Positions 35,987 to 50,688 are shown, counted from the first letter of the stretch. The stretch: 64,000 nt of DNA from Azolla caroliniana (GCA_043228905.1 JBHGNT010000009.1:4960001-5024000); one strand, 5' to 3'. Made by a program: numbers and translations. The notes: a model not told the origin generated them from the letters alone.

Positions 35987-36829
35987 TGAGAGTAGCCGAC
36001 CAAAATGCACTTCTCCAACTTCGGGTCCAACTTCCTCCTCTTCTCATCTGGCACATGCACATAGGTAATGCTATCGAATATCCTAAGGTGCCTTAAATTC
36101 GGCTTTCATCCGAAATATAGCTCGTGTGCTGACACCTTATCCCCGATCCGGTTTTGGATGTAAACGGTCGTCTGGACAACTTCAGCCTAGTAGAACTTGG
36201 GCATGCTCTTCTCTTCCAGCATTTCCCATGCCGCCTCGACGATCGACTGTTTTGTTCCGGTGTGTATCGGTAGTAGAATTCCCTTTGAATTCCTTGTTGT
36301 TGCAAATAACTGTTGAATTGGCTGAAAAAATATTCTTTTCCGCCATCCGACCGTAGGCACTTGATCTTTCTCTCTGTTTCCCGTTCAGTAAGACTTTGTA
36401 GGCTCCAGAAACAATCGAAGACTTCGATTTTCTTCTCGATGAGATAGATCCACGTGTGTCGCCTGTAATCGTCAATGAAGGAGACGAAATATCGGCTCCC
36501 ACCAAGACTAACATTCTGTGCCAGTCCCCATCCATCTGAATGTATCAAGTCGAGCTTATTACGGCTCTGGTTTCTTTCAGTGGGGAACGGAAGCCGGTGT
36601 TGCTTCCCGAGTTGGCAAGCTTCACAAATCTGAGCTTTCTAGCCACTAAATTTCGGTTGTCCAAACACAACTTGTTTCATCTACAGGTCTTGACGCCTCT
36701 GATCATTTACATGGCCGATCCACTTATGCCACAGGTCGATATCCGACTCGACCTTTTGACCTTTTGCGAATAGAGCAGCTCCAACATCATTGGTGTCGAA
36801 GATAATCATCCTCTGGTCCCGACGCCCTT

Positions 36830-38533
36830 TGTCAGAACCAATAAAGAAGGTAAAGTGATAGAAGAAAGATATAAAGAGATCACAAGAAGAGGAATGAAAT
36901 GATAAGAGAAGAATGAATGTATTAAAGTAGAATAAGAATGGATACAAGATAGGTGATGAGAGCTTAAGACTGGTGTTGATTCAAATTGGTTTTGAGAAGA
37001 ATTATATGTCCATATTTATAGGTTCCTATAGAATAACCTAGTGATTTCTATAATGTTCTAGAATGTTCTAGACCTAGAATATTCTAAGATGTTCTAGGAT
37101 ATTCTAGAATGTTCTAGGATATTTTAGAATGTTCTAGAACATTTACAATATCAGTCTATTACAAGAAGTAGTTTTTATTATTTCATATAATCATATGTTA
37201 TTTTAATGGTTAGGTTCTTGATTATGTATTACAAGGTCTTGGGTTCAAGCCCAAGGGAAGCCACATAATGTTCACGGATTCATGACACTATCCCTCCTCT
37301 TAAAACAACCAGTGGAAGGAGTTGTTAACAATGCAGGACCGGGTTTGTTGGGATAGCAACGATGGAAGTCGTCAATAAGAGCTTGAGCATTACAAACATT
37401 ATCGATGGGTTCCCATGTGCGATCGCTCAGAGTATAGCCTAGCCAATCAACTAGATAATACAACTTATTGTGCACAATCTTTGAATCAAGAATGGAGGCT
37501 ACCTCATACTCTAGGCCATCAGCAAGTTGGAGAGGAGGCGGTGGCGACACGACACGATTGGGAATCGAGTTGGTGTGGTAAGGTTCCAAAAGAGAGCTGT
37601 GAAAGACTGGATGAAGACGCAAACTTGCAGGAAGATCAATACGAAATGTTGCATCATTAATCCGCTTCGTGATGACAAAAGAACCCAAGAGTTTATAATC
37701 TCGTTTATCACACGGTCGAGTAGTCTTTATGTGACGGCGTAACAACCACACCCGATCACCAACCTTGAATGGAGACGGAAGACGATGTCGATCTGCATGG
37801 GCCTTATGTTGGGTTTGAGCTTTCTGAAGATGTGAAGACAACTCAGACTGAAGGTGTTGTAGTCAGTGGAGGTGTTGCTCTACACTAGGGTTTGGTGAGA
37901 TCATTGGAATGTCCAAGAGACACCATCGAAGATGGTTGCCAGTATAGGCATAGAAAGGTGTGACCTTGGTAGAAGTGTGTATGGTGTTATTGTATGCAAA
38001 CTCTGCAAGATGCAATATATGACTCCAATCATCTTGTTGATAACTGATGAAACATCGAAGATACTGCTCAAGTGTTTGATTTGTGCGCTCTATCGCCTAT
38101 CTTGTATCCATTCTTATTCTACTTTAATACATTCATTCTTCTCTTATCATTTCATTCCTCTTCTTGTGATCTCTTTATATCTTTCTTCTATCACTTTACC
38201 TTCTCTCTTGGTTCTGACAGTTTGATTCGAATTGGTTTTGAGAAGAATTGTATGTCCATATTTATAGGTTCCTATAGAATAACCTAGTGATTTCTATAAT
38301 GTTCTAGAATGTTCTAGACCTAGAATATTCTAAGATGTTCTAGGATATTCTAGAATGTTCTAGGATATTTTAGAATGTTCTAGAACATTTACAATATTAG
38401 TCTATTACCAGAAGTAGCTTTTATTATTTCATATAATCATATGCTATCTTAATGGTTAGATTCTTGATTATGTATTACAAGGTCTTGGGTTCAAGCCCAA
38501 GTGAAGCCACATAATGTTCACGGATTCATGACA
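36830..38533 (-). mobile_element. Second Ty3/gypsy chromovirus (Tcn1-like), internally deleted
   Basis: TSD CCCTT at 36825-36829 and 38534-38538. 3' LTR 36830-37287; ORF 37272-37841 is integrase C-terminus plus chromodomain; rearranged 5' LTR ~38090-38533. Confidence 0.93.
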
Positions 38534-40129
38534 CCCTTGCACGATGATCTGGCCCTCTTCCTCAGTGAAGCCCAATTTCATATAATCATATGCTATCTTA
38601 ATGGTAAGGTTCTTGATTATGTATTACAAGGTCTTGGGTTCAAGCCCAAGTGAAGCCACATAATGTTCACGGATTCATCACACCCTTGCACGATGATCCA
38701 GCCCTCTTCCTCAATGAAGCACACGAGATGCGTAAACCGCACCTGCATTCCCTAGTCGATGATCTGCCCGACCAACACCAGGTTCTTCGTGATTGTCGAG
38801 ACATGAAGCACATTCAAAAGCTTCCCTTGTTGTTCAACATGACTCAAGGGAACTTTCCGACACGCGCTATTGGGTGAGGAGTGCCGTCTCCGATTTCGAC
38901 AACTCCTAGTTGTTTCAGTTTTTCAAGATATGAGAACCACTCTTTATGGCTCGTCATATGGTTGGATGCTCTGGAATCAACATACCACACTTCCTCCGAT
39001 TCGGAAGTGGTCTTATTCATCGAGTTCGCTTTGTGTTTCATCACAAAGGTTGGCCCTTTTCTGGTCTTACCGGTTCCGGATCTTTCCGATCCTTCTACAT
39101 AGTGCGAGCTTTGCCAGCTCCCTTGTCCAGTCTTGTCGGATCTAGATTTGTCCAAATTGGCGCACTTCTTCCAACACTTGCTCTCCCGGTGGCCCTTCTT
39201 GCCACAATACCAGCATTCCGTTCGGCCTTGGCCCTTCCCTTGCCGGGTTCCAATGCCGCTTTGACTCCCCCTGCTTGTGAAGGGTCTGGAACTATTGTTG
39301 CACTGTCTCTATGCCTCCAGTTCTGCTCTTCTTCTTTCTTTCTTTTTTCCAAAACAATATTCTTCATTAGTATAAATTCTACATACATGAGAAAATGATT
39401 AGTCTGACAACATCATAAAAGATGTGGCCATGATAGGCCAATAACAAACTCAGAGACTCAAAGTAGAAGACTACAAAGAGCGGTGGACACACATACATGA
39501 CTCTTTTTCCCATCTCATGTGATCATTGGCTAAGACCCAATGTTCATCCATCTTCTTCCATTCTCGCATGCTGATCAGCATATAAATAAACTCTCATCAC
39601 CATGGCTTCACAATATATTTGACCTTTATCTACCATGGTTGTATGACTGCAAGCATTTCCAACCGGATTAATTTTGCTAAAACTCCATTTCTTCTCATCT
39701 GGTCAAATATAGAGACAACACTTTCAGTTCCTCCAACTTGGCCATATCCTGCAAATGTGACAGAATTAGAGGAGAGATTCTCTTCTATTGCATCAGCTCA
39801 AAAGCATTAAGAGTCTGCTCTTGAAGCTCCTAGTGCACATAGCCTGTAAACAATGTATTCCATGTCAGTGTATCACCTATAGGAGTTTTGTCAAACACTT
39901 CCTTTTGCTCATGCCACATTTCCAACGATTTTCACATCATATCTACTAGTGCATTTCCAACAAGTTGGCTTTTTCAGAAAAGCTCTTTCCTCTTAGCATC
40001 GAAATGTACTCCTCGCCCTTGTTTGTGGATCTAATGCACCCACAAGCTTTCAAAATGCATGCAGAAAACTCTGATATTCACATCCATGGACAAATTGTCT
40101 CTTTTGATTATTATAAGGAACGAAAAGTG

Positions 40130-40597
<468 letters not shown>

Positions 40598-40599
40598 CT

Positions 40600-41610
40600 A
40601 CTAAAATCCAGTCTCCTCATACCCTCACTAAAATTTGCTTCTGCCTCCGCCACCATCTTCGCTCATCGTTGTATAAACTAAAAACAAAAAATGTGCTTCA
40701 AATATTTCCACATCAGCCATATCTCCATTTTCCTTGAAATTCCTACATAGACAACCAAGAAAAAATTAGTTGTCCTCATCCACTCATGACCTTTTGCTTC
40801 AACCCTCGAGAACATCCTCGCTCATCCTTTCAAAAATAAGCAGCTTCCTTTTCCACAACCTCCATCTTGCCAGTCATTGCCCGAGTCGTGTATCTCTCTA
40901 TTTTCAACAATTTCCTGTACCTACAGAAAACAGAATTAATCCACTCTCCTCACCCTCATAAAACCTTACTTCTACCTCCGCCACCATCTTCACTCATCAT
41001 TATGAAAACTAAAAATAACTAAAAATGCTTCGAAAACATCCACATCAACTCTCTCTCCATTTTGCATCAAAATCCTGTTGCCATTCATCACCTGAGTCCT
41101 ATACCTATAAAAAACCAGAATGAATCCACTCTCCTCAAACCCTCATGAAATCTTGCTTCTACCTCCACCACCATCTTCACTCATCCTTCCAAAATTAAAT
41201 TAGCTTCATTTTCCACTACAAGCATCCTGTTATTCAACGCCCGAGTCTTGTACCTACAAAAACCAAAATGAATCCACTCTCCTCAACCTCTCATGAAACC
41301 TTGCTTCCACCTCCGCCACCATCTTCACTCATCCTTTCAAAATAGATCAGCTTCATTTTCCACTACAACCATCTTGCCATTCATCACTCGAATTCTGTAT
41401 ATATACATTCCTTAGACCATGATGAAAATTTGTATTTTCCTCCGTCACCGTCTTCATTCATCGTTCTAGATATTATAATACCTAAATCTGCTTCCACAAC
41501 AACCCTCTTGCCATTTTCACCAATTCTTGTATCGACAACAAACAAAATGAATGAAATGCCCTCATGAACTTTTGCTTCGACCGTCAACAACATCCTCACT
41601 CATCCTTGCC
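40600..41610. repeat. Degenerate tandem repeats (~150-190-bp unit) in the L1 3' region
   Basis: ctccgccaccatcttcactcatc recurs at ~40646, 40976, 41163 and 41311, with weaker copies at ~40812 and 41590. Confidence 0.8.
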
Positions 41611-43561
41611 ATGTTGTATGCACTAAGAACGGCGCTGGTGGCGGAAACAACCAACGAGGTGGAACGTAATTCCACTTTACATCATCACCTGCTTCCAACA
41701 AAATAGGAATAGCTGCCCAAATTCTACGAATTCTTCTTCTTTTCCGGTTAGCTTTATTTCCATAACCCTTATAACTATCATACTCACCTTTTATTGTATG
41801 TATCAATAACTCCCAAAAGGTCTTAACCTGATCCATAACATGAATTTGTTCATCGTTGTATAGTTTGGAACATCTCACTTTCCACAAAACCCATAGGGCC
41901 AAAGAGGAAACAATCTGCCAAACATAACACCGCGAGAAGAACTTAATTCCCGCTATGGAGGTTGAAATAGAATACACCTGAAAACTTTTTACCTGTAAAG
42001 TCATTGAAGAATTATGATAATGGTAAAAAGATTTTTGTTGATCCAACGTTCCCCAAAATACTGCACCCCACGTGAAAATGGCTGACCTATACTTACGACC
42101 TAATAACCTAAGAATTCGAAACCAAAAACTTTTGGCCACAACACATTCCCAAAAAACATGATGAAATGTCTCAGCTGCAAACCCACACATAACACGTGAT
42201 CTATCAGCCATTGTTCCCCTCAATAAACCTCCTACTGGCAAGGCGTAATGAATCATCGACCAATGAAAATGTATACCTTATTCATACACTTAAGTGACCA
42301 AAATTGTTTACAGAACTTCAACATATGCGAGGATGACACATTACCTTCCTCCCAATATTTTTTCCTTGCAGGTACTGATTCAATCTTATTCAAAAGGAAA
42401 TTCCTTCCAAACGCCACAGAATATGTGAAGAATGAAAGGATCTTCGTTTGCGAAGTGTCGGATCTGGACATCTTCCAACCATAATCAGACGGATCCCAAT
42501 GTAGATCAGCAATTGGCTTAGCTTGTAAAACCCAAATATTAGATGAATATTTAGCAAGTAAAAGATTAGGATCTATAAAGATCTTTTTATCTAATCGAGC
42601 AATTACTCGCATTGGTAACTGATTTGCAGAAGACATAATTGGAGCCTCCTCCTCCACCAAAAACAGTCTACCATTATCCAAAACTTCATAAAAATAAAGG
42701 TTGCCATTTTGATGGTATAAACGAGCTCCTATAAGTATATTAAGAGTCGAAAACATACCATACCAATTCTGAAAATGGTTGAAGTGCATAGTTGGCATTG
42801 TTACCTAAAATACCTTGGACACTTCCGAGAACATAATATTTGCCCCTCTTAAATTAGACAGCCTATTCCTTTGGTCCTGCGCTGAAGTCTCCGAAAACTT
42901 TATCCACTCCACAACCGTGCGGGCAGGGCCACTATCCAATGCCGCCCAAGATAACCTAGGCCGTAAACCCAAAACACATGCAGCTTCATCAGTAAATAAA
43001 GGATTCCATAACAATGGTTGACGCATGAATTGAGAACAAGTTTTTGGTGGCAAGAAAACAAGTCCTTGACGAATACTTTCCCATGCATGACTAATCCCAT
43101 TAAAGAACCGTAAAGACCCAACAGACGACTTAGGTAAAGGAAAATCTAAATTAAGGAACCATCTAAGACTATCCCTCCATTGACCACCTATCAATGGCTT
43201 AAACTTATGTAAATGAAGAATCCATAACTCCTCTCCATGCAATAAACTTCTAACAACATGTTTAGCCAGTAATGCCTTACTTTGCATTAAGGGATCAATC
43301 AAACCTAAACCTCCTTTCTGTTTAGATAAGAACCGACCAAGCGACCTTTGCTACAGTAGTATGTGAACTAGCATTCCCCCAAATAAAATTTCGTACTAGA
43401 TGTTGAACTTTAAGCATTACTGACCTAGAAAACAACCATGTAGATGCAATATACCAAATTGAGGATAAAAACCTCCAGTTCTGCTCTTGCTAGCCGTCGT
43501 TATTGCATGTCGACCCACCTCATCAACCATGCCTCTGTGTAAAGCATTTGGTTGTCCGGTT

Positions 43562-44391
43562 CATGGTTGTTTACGTACCCGTATTTAACGTTTAAATACG
43601 TATAGTACCTCATCATTTGTATAGTACGTACTATACCTCAATGTTGTTCAATCAAATATCATGTACATTTGTCCAATACGGTATTTAACGTATTTATAAA
43701 AAAACAGGTATAATACGTATTTATAAAGAAAATGTAAATAAAACCCTAACAAAAAGCAAAAGAAAAAAAAGATTTTAGTGAAAAAGAAGCCAACGGAAGG
43801 AAGAAAGAAGAATAGAAGAGACGACGATGAAGAAGAAGAAGAAGAAGAAGAAGAGAGAAAAGAAGACATAAACCTGTCTTGAGTGTGATAATTGCAGTAG
43901 ATAGAAGAAGAAGAAGAAGAAGAAAACGAAGAAAAGAGAAACCTATCATGAGTGTGATAATTGTAGACGATTCCTCAATCTATGAAGGCATAATTGTAAA
44001 TAATTACAATTTGAAGTAGAACATCGTGATACACACTTACACTGATTTATAGAATAAGGGAATGTCGACATCCATATTACTACAAGTATTTTAGGATGTG
44101 AAATGTTCAAATGTCTTATATGCATTTTAGGATGTAAAACTATATTGTACATCACAAATTTGTGTAAACATAGATGTTTTTTACAATATTATAGATATTT
44201 TTTAGAAAGGTAAATAATTTTCAAATTTTAGAAGTATTTAACATACTATACATAAAATACGTATTTTACGTATTTTATAAGTATTTAACATATTAAGAAA
44301 ATGTATTTAACGTATTTTTTAATTGGGAGGTACTATACGGGTATTAATACGTTAAATAGGTATGGTATCCATACCGTACCTAACAACCTTG
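43562..44391. mobile_element. Non-autonomous hAT-type DNA transposon (MITE-like)
   Basis: TIR CATGGTTGTT / AACAACCTTG; 8-bp TSD GTCCGGTT / GTCCAGTT; subterminal gtatttaacg repeats; no ORF. Confidence 0.88.
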
Positions 44392-45029
44392 GTCCAGTTG
44401 AGTGGTCCTCGACCCACTCGCATGGTTTTCTTCGACCATCAACATCGATTACAGGTCAATGAAGGACGGAGGTTTCTCACGGGTGCAAATCGCCGTTCGG
44501 ATTGGTCCGTACCGTTGTGCTAGACCATTGAGGCAGATCTGGACCATCTCGTCTTCTTCCACCGTCACGTTGATGGAATCGAGCGGTAACCGACATATCT
44601 CACTGTTGGATGTTGTTGAGCTCATGTCGGAGCTGCAACTTCTAGGTCGTCGTGCTCGCCACAAAAATCTTTTCCAGATTCTCCCAAGCTTCTTTCGGCG
44701 TTTTTGCATCCCTGATGTAGCCGAGCATTTGGTCGTGCACACAAGACGTGAGGCAGTACAATACTCTGCTCACTCCTTACTCCCATGCCGGGAAGTCCTT
44801 GTGTGCCAAATCCGGCGCTAGTACATTTGCTCCTTCCACGTAGCTCTAGTATCCATGCCCCTACCTTTTGTACAACCAGGACGCATAGTTGCTCCGATCG
44901 ACCTTTTTCTGTAGGAAGCGAGCTCACCATACTTCTGTCCATGTCTTCCTTCTTTTGGTCTGTGCTTTTCCGGAAGTTAGGGTTCATCTATTTCGATTGT
45001 CGGCAACAGAGGTTCTCAACCCTTGCGCT

Positions 45030-45448
45030 TGTTACCGGCCGGCAAGGAGTCCAAAATACGGAGTGAAGGAATTAATTAAGTATGGTTGTAAATAAGCATA
45101 GTGTGGACGGACGGACTGGAAACGGTATGCCGTTCCAGAACCGGACGGATCCCGAATAGGTGCGATAGGCACCGTTTTGTACTACGGGCCGGAAACCTAT
45201 TTAAAGGCCCGGACCCCATTGTAATCGCAGCGGATAATTAATAGAGCATATGGTGTTTATACTTCTGTGTTGATTTCCGTTCTGTACTTACTGTTATATC
45301 TTACGCGTGTAATTAACCAAAGCACTCTAATCGTGTAACCTACGTAAGTCGGTGTAATCGTTGAATCTTAATCCTATGCCGTAATCACCCTTTGGTGAAG
45401 TGTCTCTGTGACACCTTGTGTTAGGCCTTGTCCGGTCAGAGAATAACA
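45030..45448 (+). mobile_element. Solo LTR
   Basis: TGTTA..TAACA termini; TSD GCGCT at 45025-45029 and 45449-45453; inserted at the edge of the host PBS. Strand inferred from TATA-like cctatttaa. Confidence 0.9.
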
Positions 45449-45462
45449 GCGCTCTGATACCA

Positions 45463-45786
45463 TGTCAAAGTTAATATGTTGAAGCTTGTAGATGAAACTG
45501 TCTTAACAAGATAGCAACAGAAAATAGGGACAAGGTTTAATGGAAGCTTGAATCTCATAGACATGCAGAGAGCGGGAGAGAAAGAGATATCAGAACAACA
45601 TTAACTAAATTCAGAATAATAACACTCTGTTACATACAATGTGCTCAGTGAGCACTTTTATACAAGTCAAAGCTTGCTCTCTGTCTGTCTGTGAGATTCA
45701 AGCTTCCATTAAACCTTGTCCCTATTTTCTGTTGGTATCCGGTTAAGCTGGTTTCATCTACAAGCTTTTGCATATTAACTTTGACA
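45463..45786 (-). repeat. Copia 5' LTR with ~110-bp terminal inverted arms (fold-back)
   Basis: 45463-45572 is the imperfect reverse complement of ~45675-45786. TG..CA termini; PBS directly abuts. Confidence 0.9.
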
Positions 45787-45948
45787 CACCCCATAGAGAA
45801 GCACTGATGTCACCAAAGTATCGAAAATGTATTTCTTGAGGACTGAACACTTAATATCTCCATGATTGCATGTGTTCTCAAATGCATAATATGCTCGCTT
45901 TCCTGCCTCTAAGCGGCGTGTACCACATTCATTCCATCTATGATTTGT
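45787..45948 (-). mobile_element. Short LINE RT fragment related to the 26457-30920 element
   Basis: Closely matches 27375-27540 (ttgcatgtgttctcaaatgcataatatgctcgct..gcctctaagcggcgtgta). Confidence 0.85.
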
Positions 45949-48900
45949 TAGAGAGATGAGGAAGAAGACAAAACGTAGTGACTGGCAAACTAGTTGTTAG
46001 AGTCTAACTAATTAATTAAGCAAAACATAAGGAATTATTGACCAACGAAAGGAAAGAGGGTTGTCAAACCACCCGACTAACTACTTATGATGATGTGAGG
46101 ACCTAAACTTCCTCGATGTCCCATACGGTCGAGGGTTGATGCAAGTTGCACCTTGGGTTTTGTAAGGATGGCATTTGCTTAGCTAACAAGAGCTATAGCA
46201 CATTGTCATGATGTCAACATAAGTCAAGCCTCCTTAAGAAGAAGTTAGCTAGCATTATTAAATAGGTAGAATCCCTAGCTACCTAGTGTGTTCACACTTG
46301 GCTACTTTATGTGTGAGTGGTGAAGTGATAACACACTTAATATTTATCCCACATCATAGAATTGAATATTACAATTCATACCCTCATTCCTTTCATAATT
46401 AACCCGCACGTACTCATCATAAGATTAGGGGAAACTACAATAATTCAATCTCATGATCAGTTATGGTTATACATGTAACACTAGTGTTCTCCTCCACGAC
46501 CATTTATATTGAGCATTCACCTCACTCTAATCCTTGGTTTCCCAAGCCACAAGCCCAACGAAACCCCGTCTCAAACTACTGAACACGATAAAAGGGGGGG
46601 AATACACAAGGAAACCTATGGAGGGGTGAGAAGGAACTTCTCACACAGCATTATTTCCTGCCTAGTTCAAGCCCCCCCGCTCTCACTCAAGTAACACACA
46701 CACTTGAGTTTACTCAACAAAACGTTTACTACACTTGGATCACTCAAGAGTCGTAAAACTTTATAATTTCAAGCACACTTACTCGCTCGTTCAGCAACAA
46801 GCAAGGTAGAAAATTAATAAAGGAGAAAGTAGTTACACATAGACACAAATCAGACAAAATTCATACATGAAAGGATTGGTGTGGAATTCATTGGAAAGAG
46901 CGCAAACAAGAAAACATGGAGACAATTCTCAAGTTGGCTTGGAGAATCTACAACGAAGGACTTTCATGCCATGGTTATTGTTTGCCTCTTACATGAGCTC
47001 TCGTTACCTACGTCACGTTGGGAAAACTCTTGATGCGGAATCTGAGGCATTAAATCTTCAAGTTAACGGACCCCACAATGAGCTAATGCCTTCCGTTTTA
47101 TAGTTCTCAACCAAAACTTATCCCCTTCACTAAATATTATGATTATCTTTTTCCCGTTTGATGTGCACCTTTGAATTTTCGTTTTCCACAAACGCCTAGT
47201 GTTGAGCAAAGGGCACATAACACATTTGTCCTAACCTCATGCCATCCTTTTTAGCTTCATCTTTGTCTTCTTTAGGTTGTCCACATTGTTAGCCTAATGG
47301 GACATATGTCTTTCTCACATTTTCTCCCTTTGTTTGTATCACATTGGGATAACACTTAGTAGAATTCTTAAACATCGGGAGTGACTACTCAATTCCACGC
47401 ATACTATATAAAAGTTTTTTCACGTTTGGTTCCAACTGCATATTTTATCACAATCGGTCTCTTGTGGACATTAAAAAGATATTTATCTATCTATCTCCAA
47501 TGGACATAAACTAAGCCTCGTGACCACCACTTATCATGCGATATCCTAGCATGTCTTCAACTTTTGTTGTATATCTCTCTTCCAATCCACCTTGGCCCTT
47601 TTATAGGATCTCCAAGTTAAATCATGATGATATGATGGTGAGGAGACTCCTTGTCCCTTCTTCACATGCTTGTGCCTTAACATTAGGACTCTTGATTAAT
47701 TTGGGGACAATCTTTTGTATACTTTCAATGCTACTATTCAATTGTGCGCACCCTAATCAAATGTATCCTTCTCTCCTCTATTTTGCACTCACTCATAACT
47801 CACTAGAAAATCTTTCACTCCTCACTTCTTTATAGCTCGTTCCCTTAGTTCTATGATATCCTATGTGCAATATCTGCACTTAAGCATGGGAGGACCTCAA
47901 GAAAAATACGTAGCCACGTGTGGCTACATCCTTTGCACCTACAAATGAGACTATAATAACACTCTTTTGGGTCCCATACGAGATATCCTTGGTCTCCAAA
48001 GGAAATCAAGATATACTCGTCATTGTCATCTCTCTCTATCTAGCTAAACATTAATTATAATGTACATAGTGATGTACACATTATAGTGGACCATTGAAAT
48101 GTATACCTTTGACACTAAATGCATCTTCATTTTAAAGCGTAATTTATTCATACATCCAACTTTCAATACCATTTCCAAACTAAAAACGTTGCTTTTGAAT
48201 CATATCTACAAGGATTTATTCAAAAAAGTAAATGCGGTGATAGTGACATGCAACTATCTTTATCCTATTCTTATTCAACGTTTTCGCTCTAATTAACAAT
48301 TAACACATTGTAAGTTTTTTCATATATTAAGAACAAGCAACATAGCTAATATATCTTGCAATCACGAACACCTCGTTTTTCATTTTCTGAACATGTATCA
48401 AAACTTCCTTGTTATAAATGTGATGGAACTCATTGCCATGCATGGGTTTTGGCATTTTGGTACCCATGCTACCACATGTATAAATGATGGGGGTTGCATT
48501 ACCTAAAAACATATAGCAACATTTATTATAACATGTAGCCTATATCCATGTATTTACACAACCCATTTTTCAAAGATTCAACTTAGTAAAGGAAAAATCT
48601 CATGACTCACAAACAAGGCGGGGGGATTTGGTCCATATTGGTCTAACCTTTCTCTCTCTAAGTTTTGTGGTGTGCGGAGTCAACACAATAATGTACAAAT
48701 ACCTAATGTGTTGAAATCAGCCTTTAATGCATTTTCGGTTTATCCTCTTGTTTAACCGTAGGTTACTAACAATTTATGTATCTAAAACATGTGTGTACGT
48801 GTAACGATCATATGTGGATGCCTAAGACATGCCAATTAAGGACATTAACTTTGAAGCGATACAATCATTTGATGCAAAAGAGTTAGGATATATGTTGTCT

Positions 48901-50688
48901 AATTACATTCATGAGATTTTGCAAAGAGTTTAGATATATGTTGTCTAATTGAATGCTTTTCTGCACATATGAATGTGTGTGTACATTATTCAGCCATCCA
49001 CGAGGGGATACAACTTTGACAAACAAATATTGGTTGGATAACCTTGTCGTGTAAATATGGGCCATTTACACATAGTTGCACAAACTACCCCAAATTCAAG
49101 TAATTGCCAAACAAGGTCCTCTTGGACATATAATTTCTTACAATGAATTTCCTACTAAGATGGAAGAAAGACAACAAGTACAAGCTTTTGAATACACATG
49201 GATGCACACATTCGCCTCTAGATTAGGTGGGGTGGCACTACATCTAACTTGATTATTTAATTATAGATCATTTATCAACAATTCGGCAAACAAATTATTG
49301 GTTGGGAAATCTTGTCATGTAATTGAGGATTAATTATGAATCATTTATGGAAATTTTGGCAAACAAAATATTGGTTGGAGAATTTGGGCATGTAACTATG
49401 GATTGTTTATACATACATATCTAAATGAACTAACCTAGATTTCAAATTTGCTAAATAATGTTCTCATGGGTAGATGCATATGAACATAATTATATGCACC
49501 TCAAAATTAGGATTTGGCGAATCTTTTGGCTCCACAAATTTGAGCACCCCAAAAGTCTTGAGATCTACACCCATTAATTAATGACCTATGAAAGAGAACC
49601 ATCTCTCCTTTTAACAAAGAATGCAAGTGCACTAGTAGGGAATCTAGAATGTTCGCATAAATCCATTTGCTAGATTTTCATCAAAAACTCCTTGAAGAAC
49701 GTCAAGCTCAAATGGTGTTCCCCCATGGCGATTCCTTCCCTAGTTGCATATGAAGAGTACAACCAATGCTCTAGGAGTGCGTTCACCATCATCTTATCGA
49801 AAACATAGGTGACCCCTTGATATTTTGTTGGGGGTTGGACCTTAGACTTCTATGGTTGGAAAACAAATTTGTCAACATTGCAAATATAAACATTTCTTAA
49901 GGGAAACAAAAATTGAGATGGAGATTGGAGAATCCATATTGAATGGATATCAATATGGATTCCCTTAATATTCTCTCATGATCTATGTTTTGATTTTTGG
50001 CATGTTCGAATAACATAAGAACTCAATGGATATCAATATCTTTTAATGAATGTTTTCCCCTATCATATTTGGATATTGACCTTAGTTGTTGACACCAAAA
50101 CCCATTATAATAGTGAACCTTGTCCAACCATATAAGTTCTAGCCTACTGAAAGGTTGTATGGTTTGCACCTTTGAGCGATTTGTAGAAGAAAACAAAATG
50201 ATGGATTGAGTAAAAAAGGAAGGGAAGGGTGGAACAAGCATAACATTCCATGCACTTTGTTAGCATTGTCTCTCTTTATCAAATTAACCTTAAAAAACCT
50301 TAAGATGGAGAAAATGACTCGTGTTATAAAATATAGCTTGCAAAAATCATGCCAACTTTAGAAATGATATCAGAGTTACATAACTTTTCAAACTTAAGAG
50401 GTTCATTATAATAAGAAAACTCTTCTTCAAAGGAGAATAAGTGATACATTAGGAAGTCAAATGTAAGCAAAATTAGAAAATAGATGCTTTGGATAAGGGT
50501 AGAAATTTGACGGGTGTCATGCCCATCAAAGGCCATTTTTCCCGTAAAAAACATACACCCAATAAAAATGTCTGTGAAAGTGACATATAAAGTTAAAATT
50601 TCCATTTTCATGTGAAAGGCCCCCAAAAATTATACATGTCAAATGACATGCTAAAATTTTATTTTCCATGTCATATATATATATATTA

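Noticed and set aside
45947-50600. Possible long LTR starting TGTTAG at ~45947 or ~45994, plus other old repeats
   Set aside because: No partner LTR, TSD, PBS or coding motif could be fixed.
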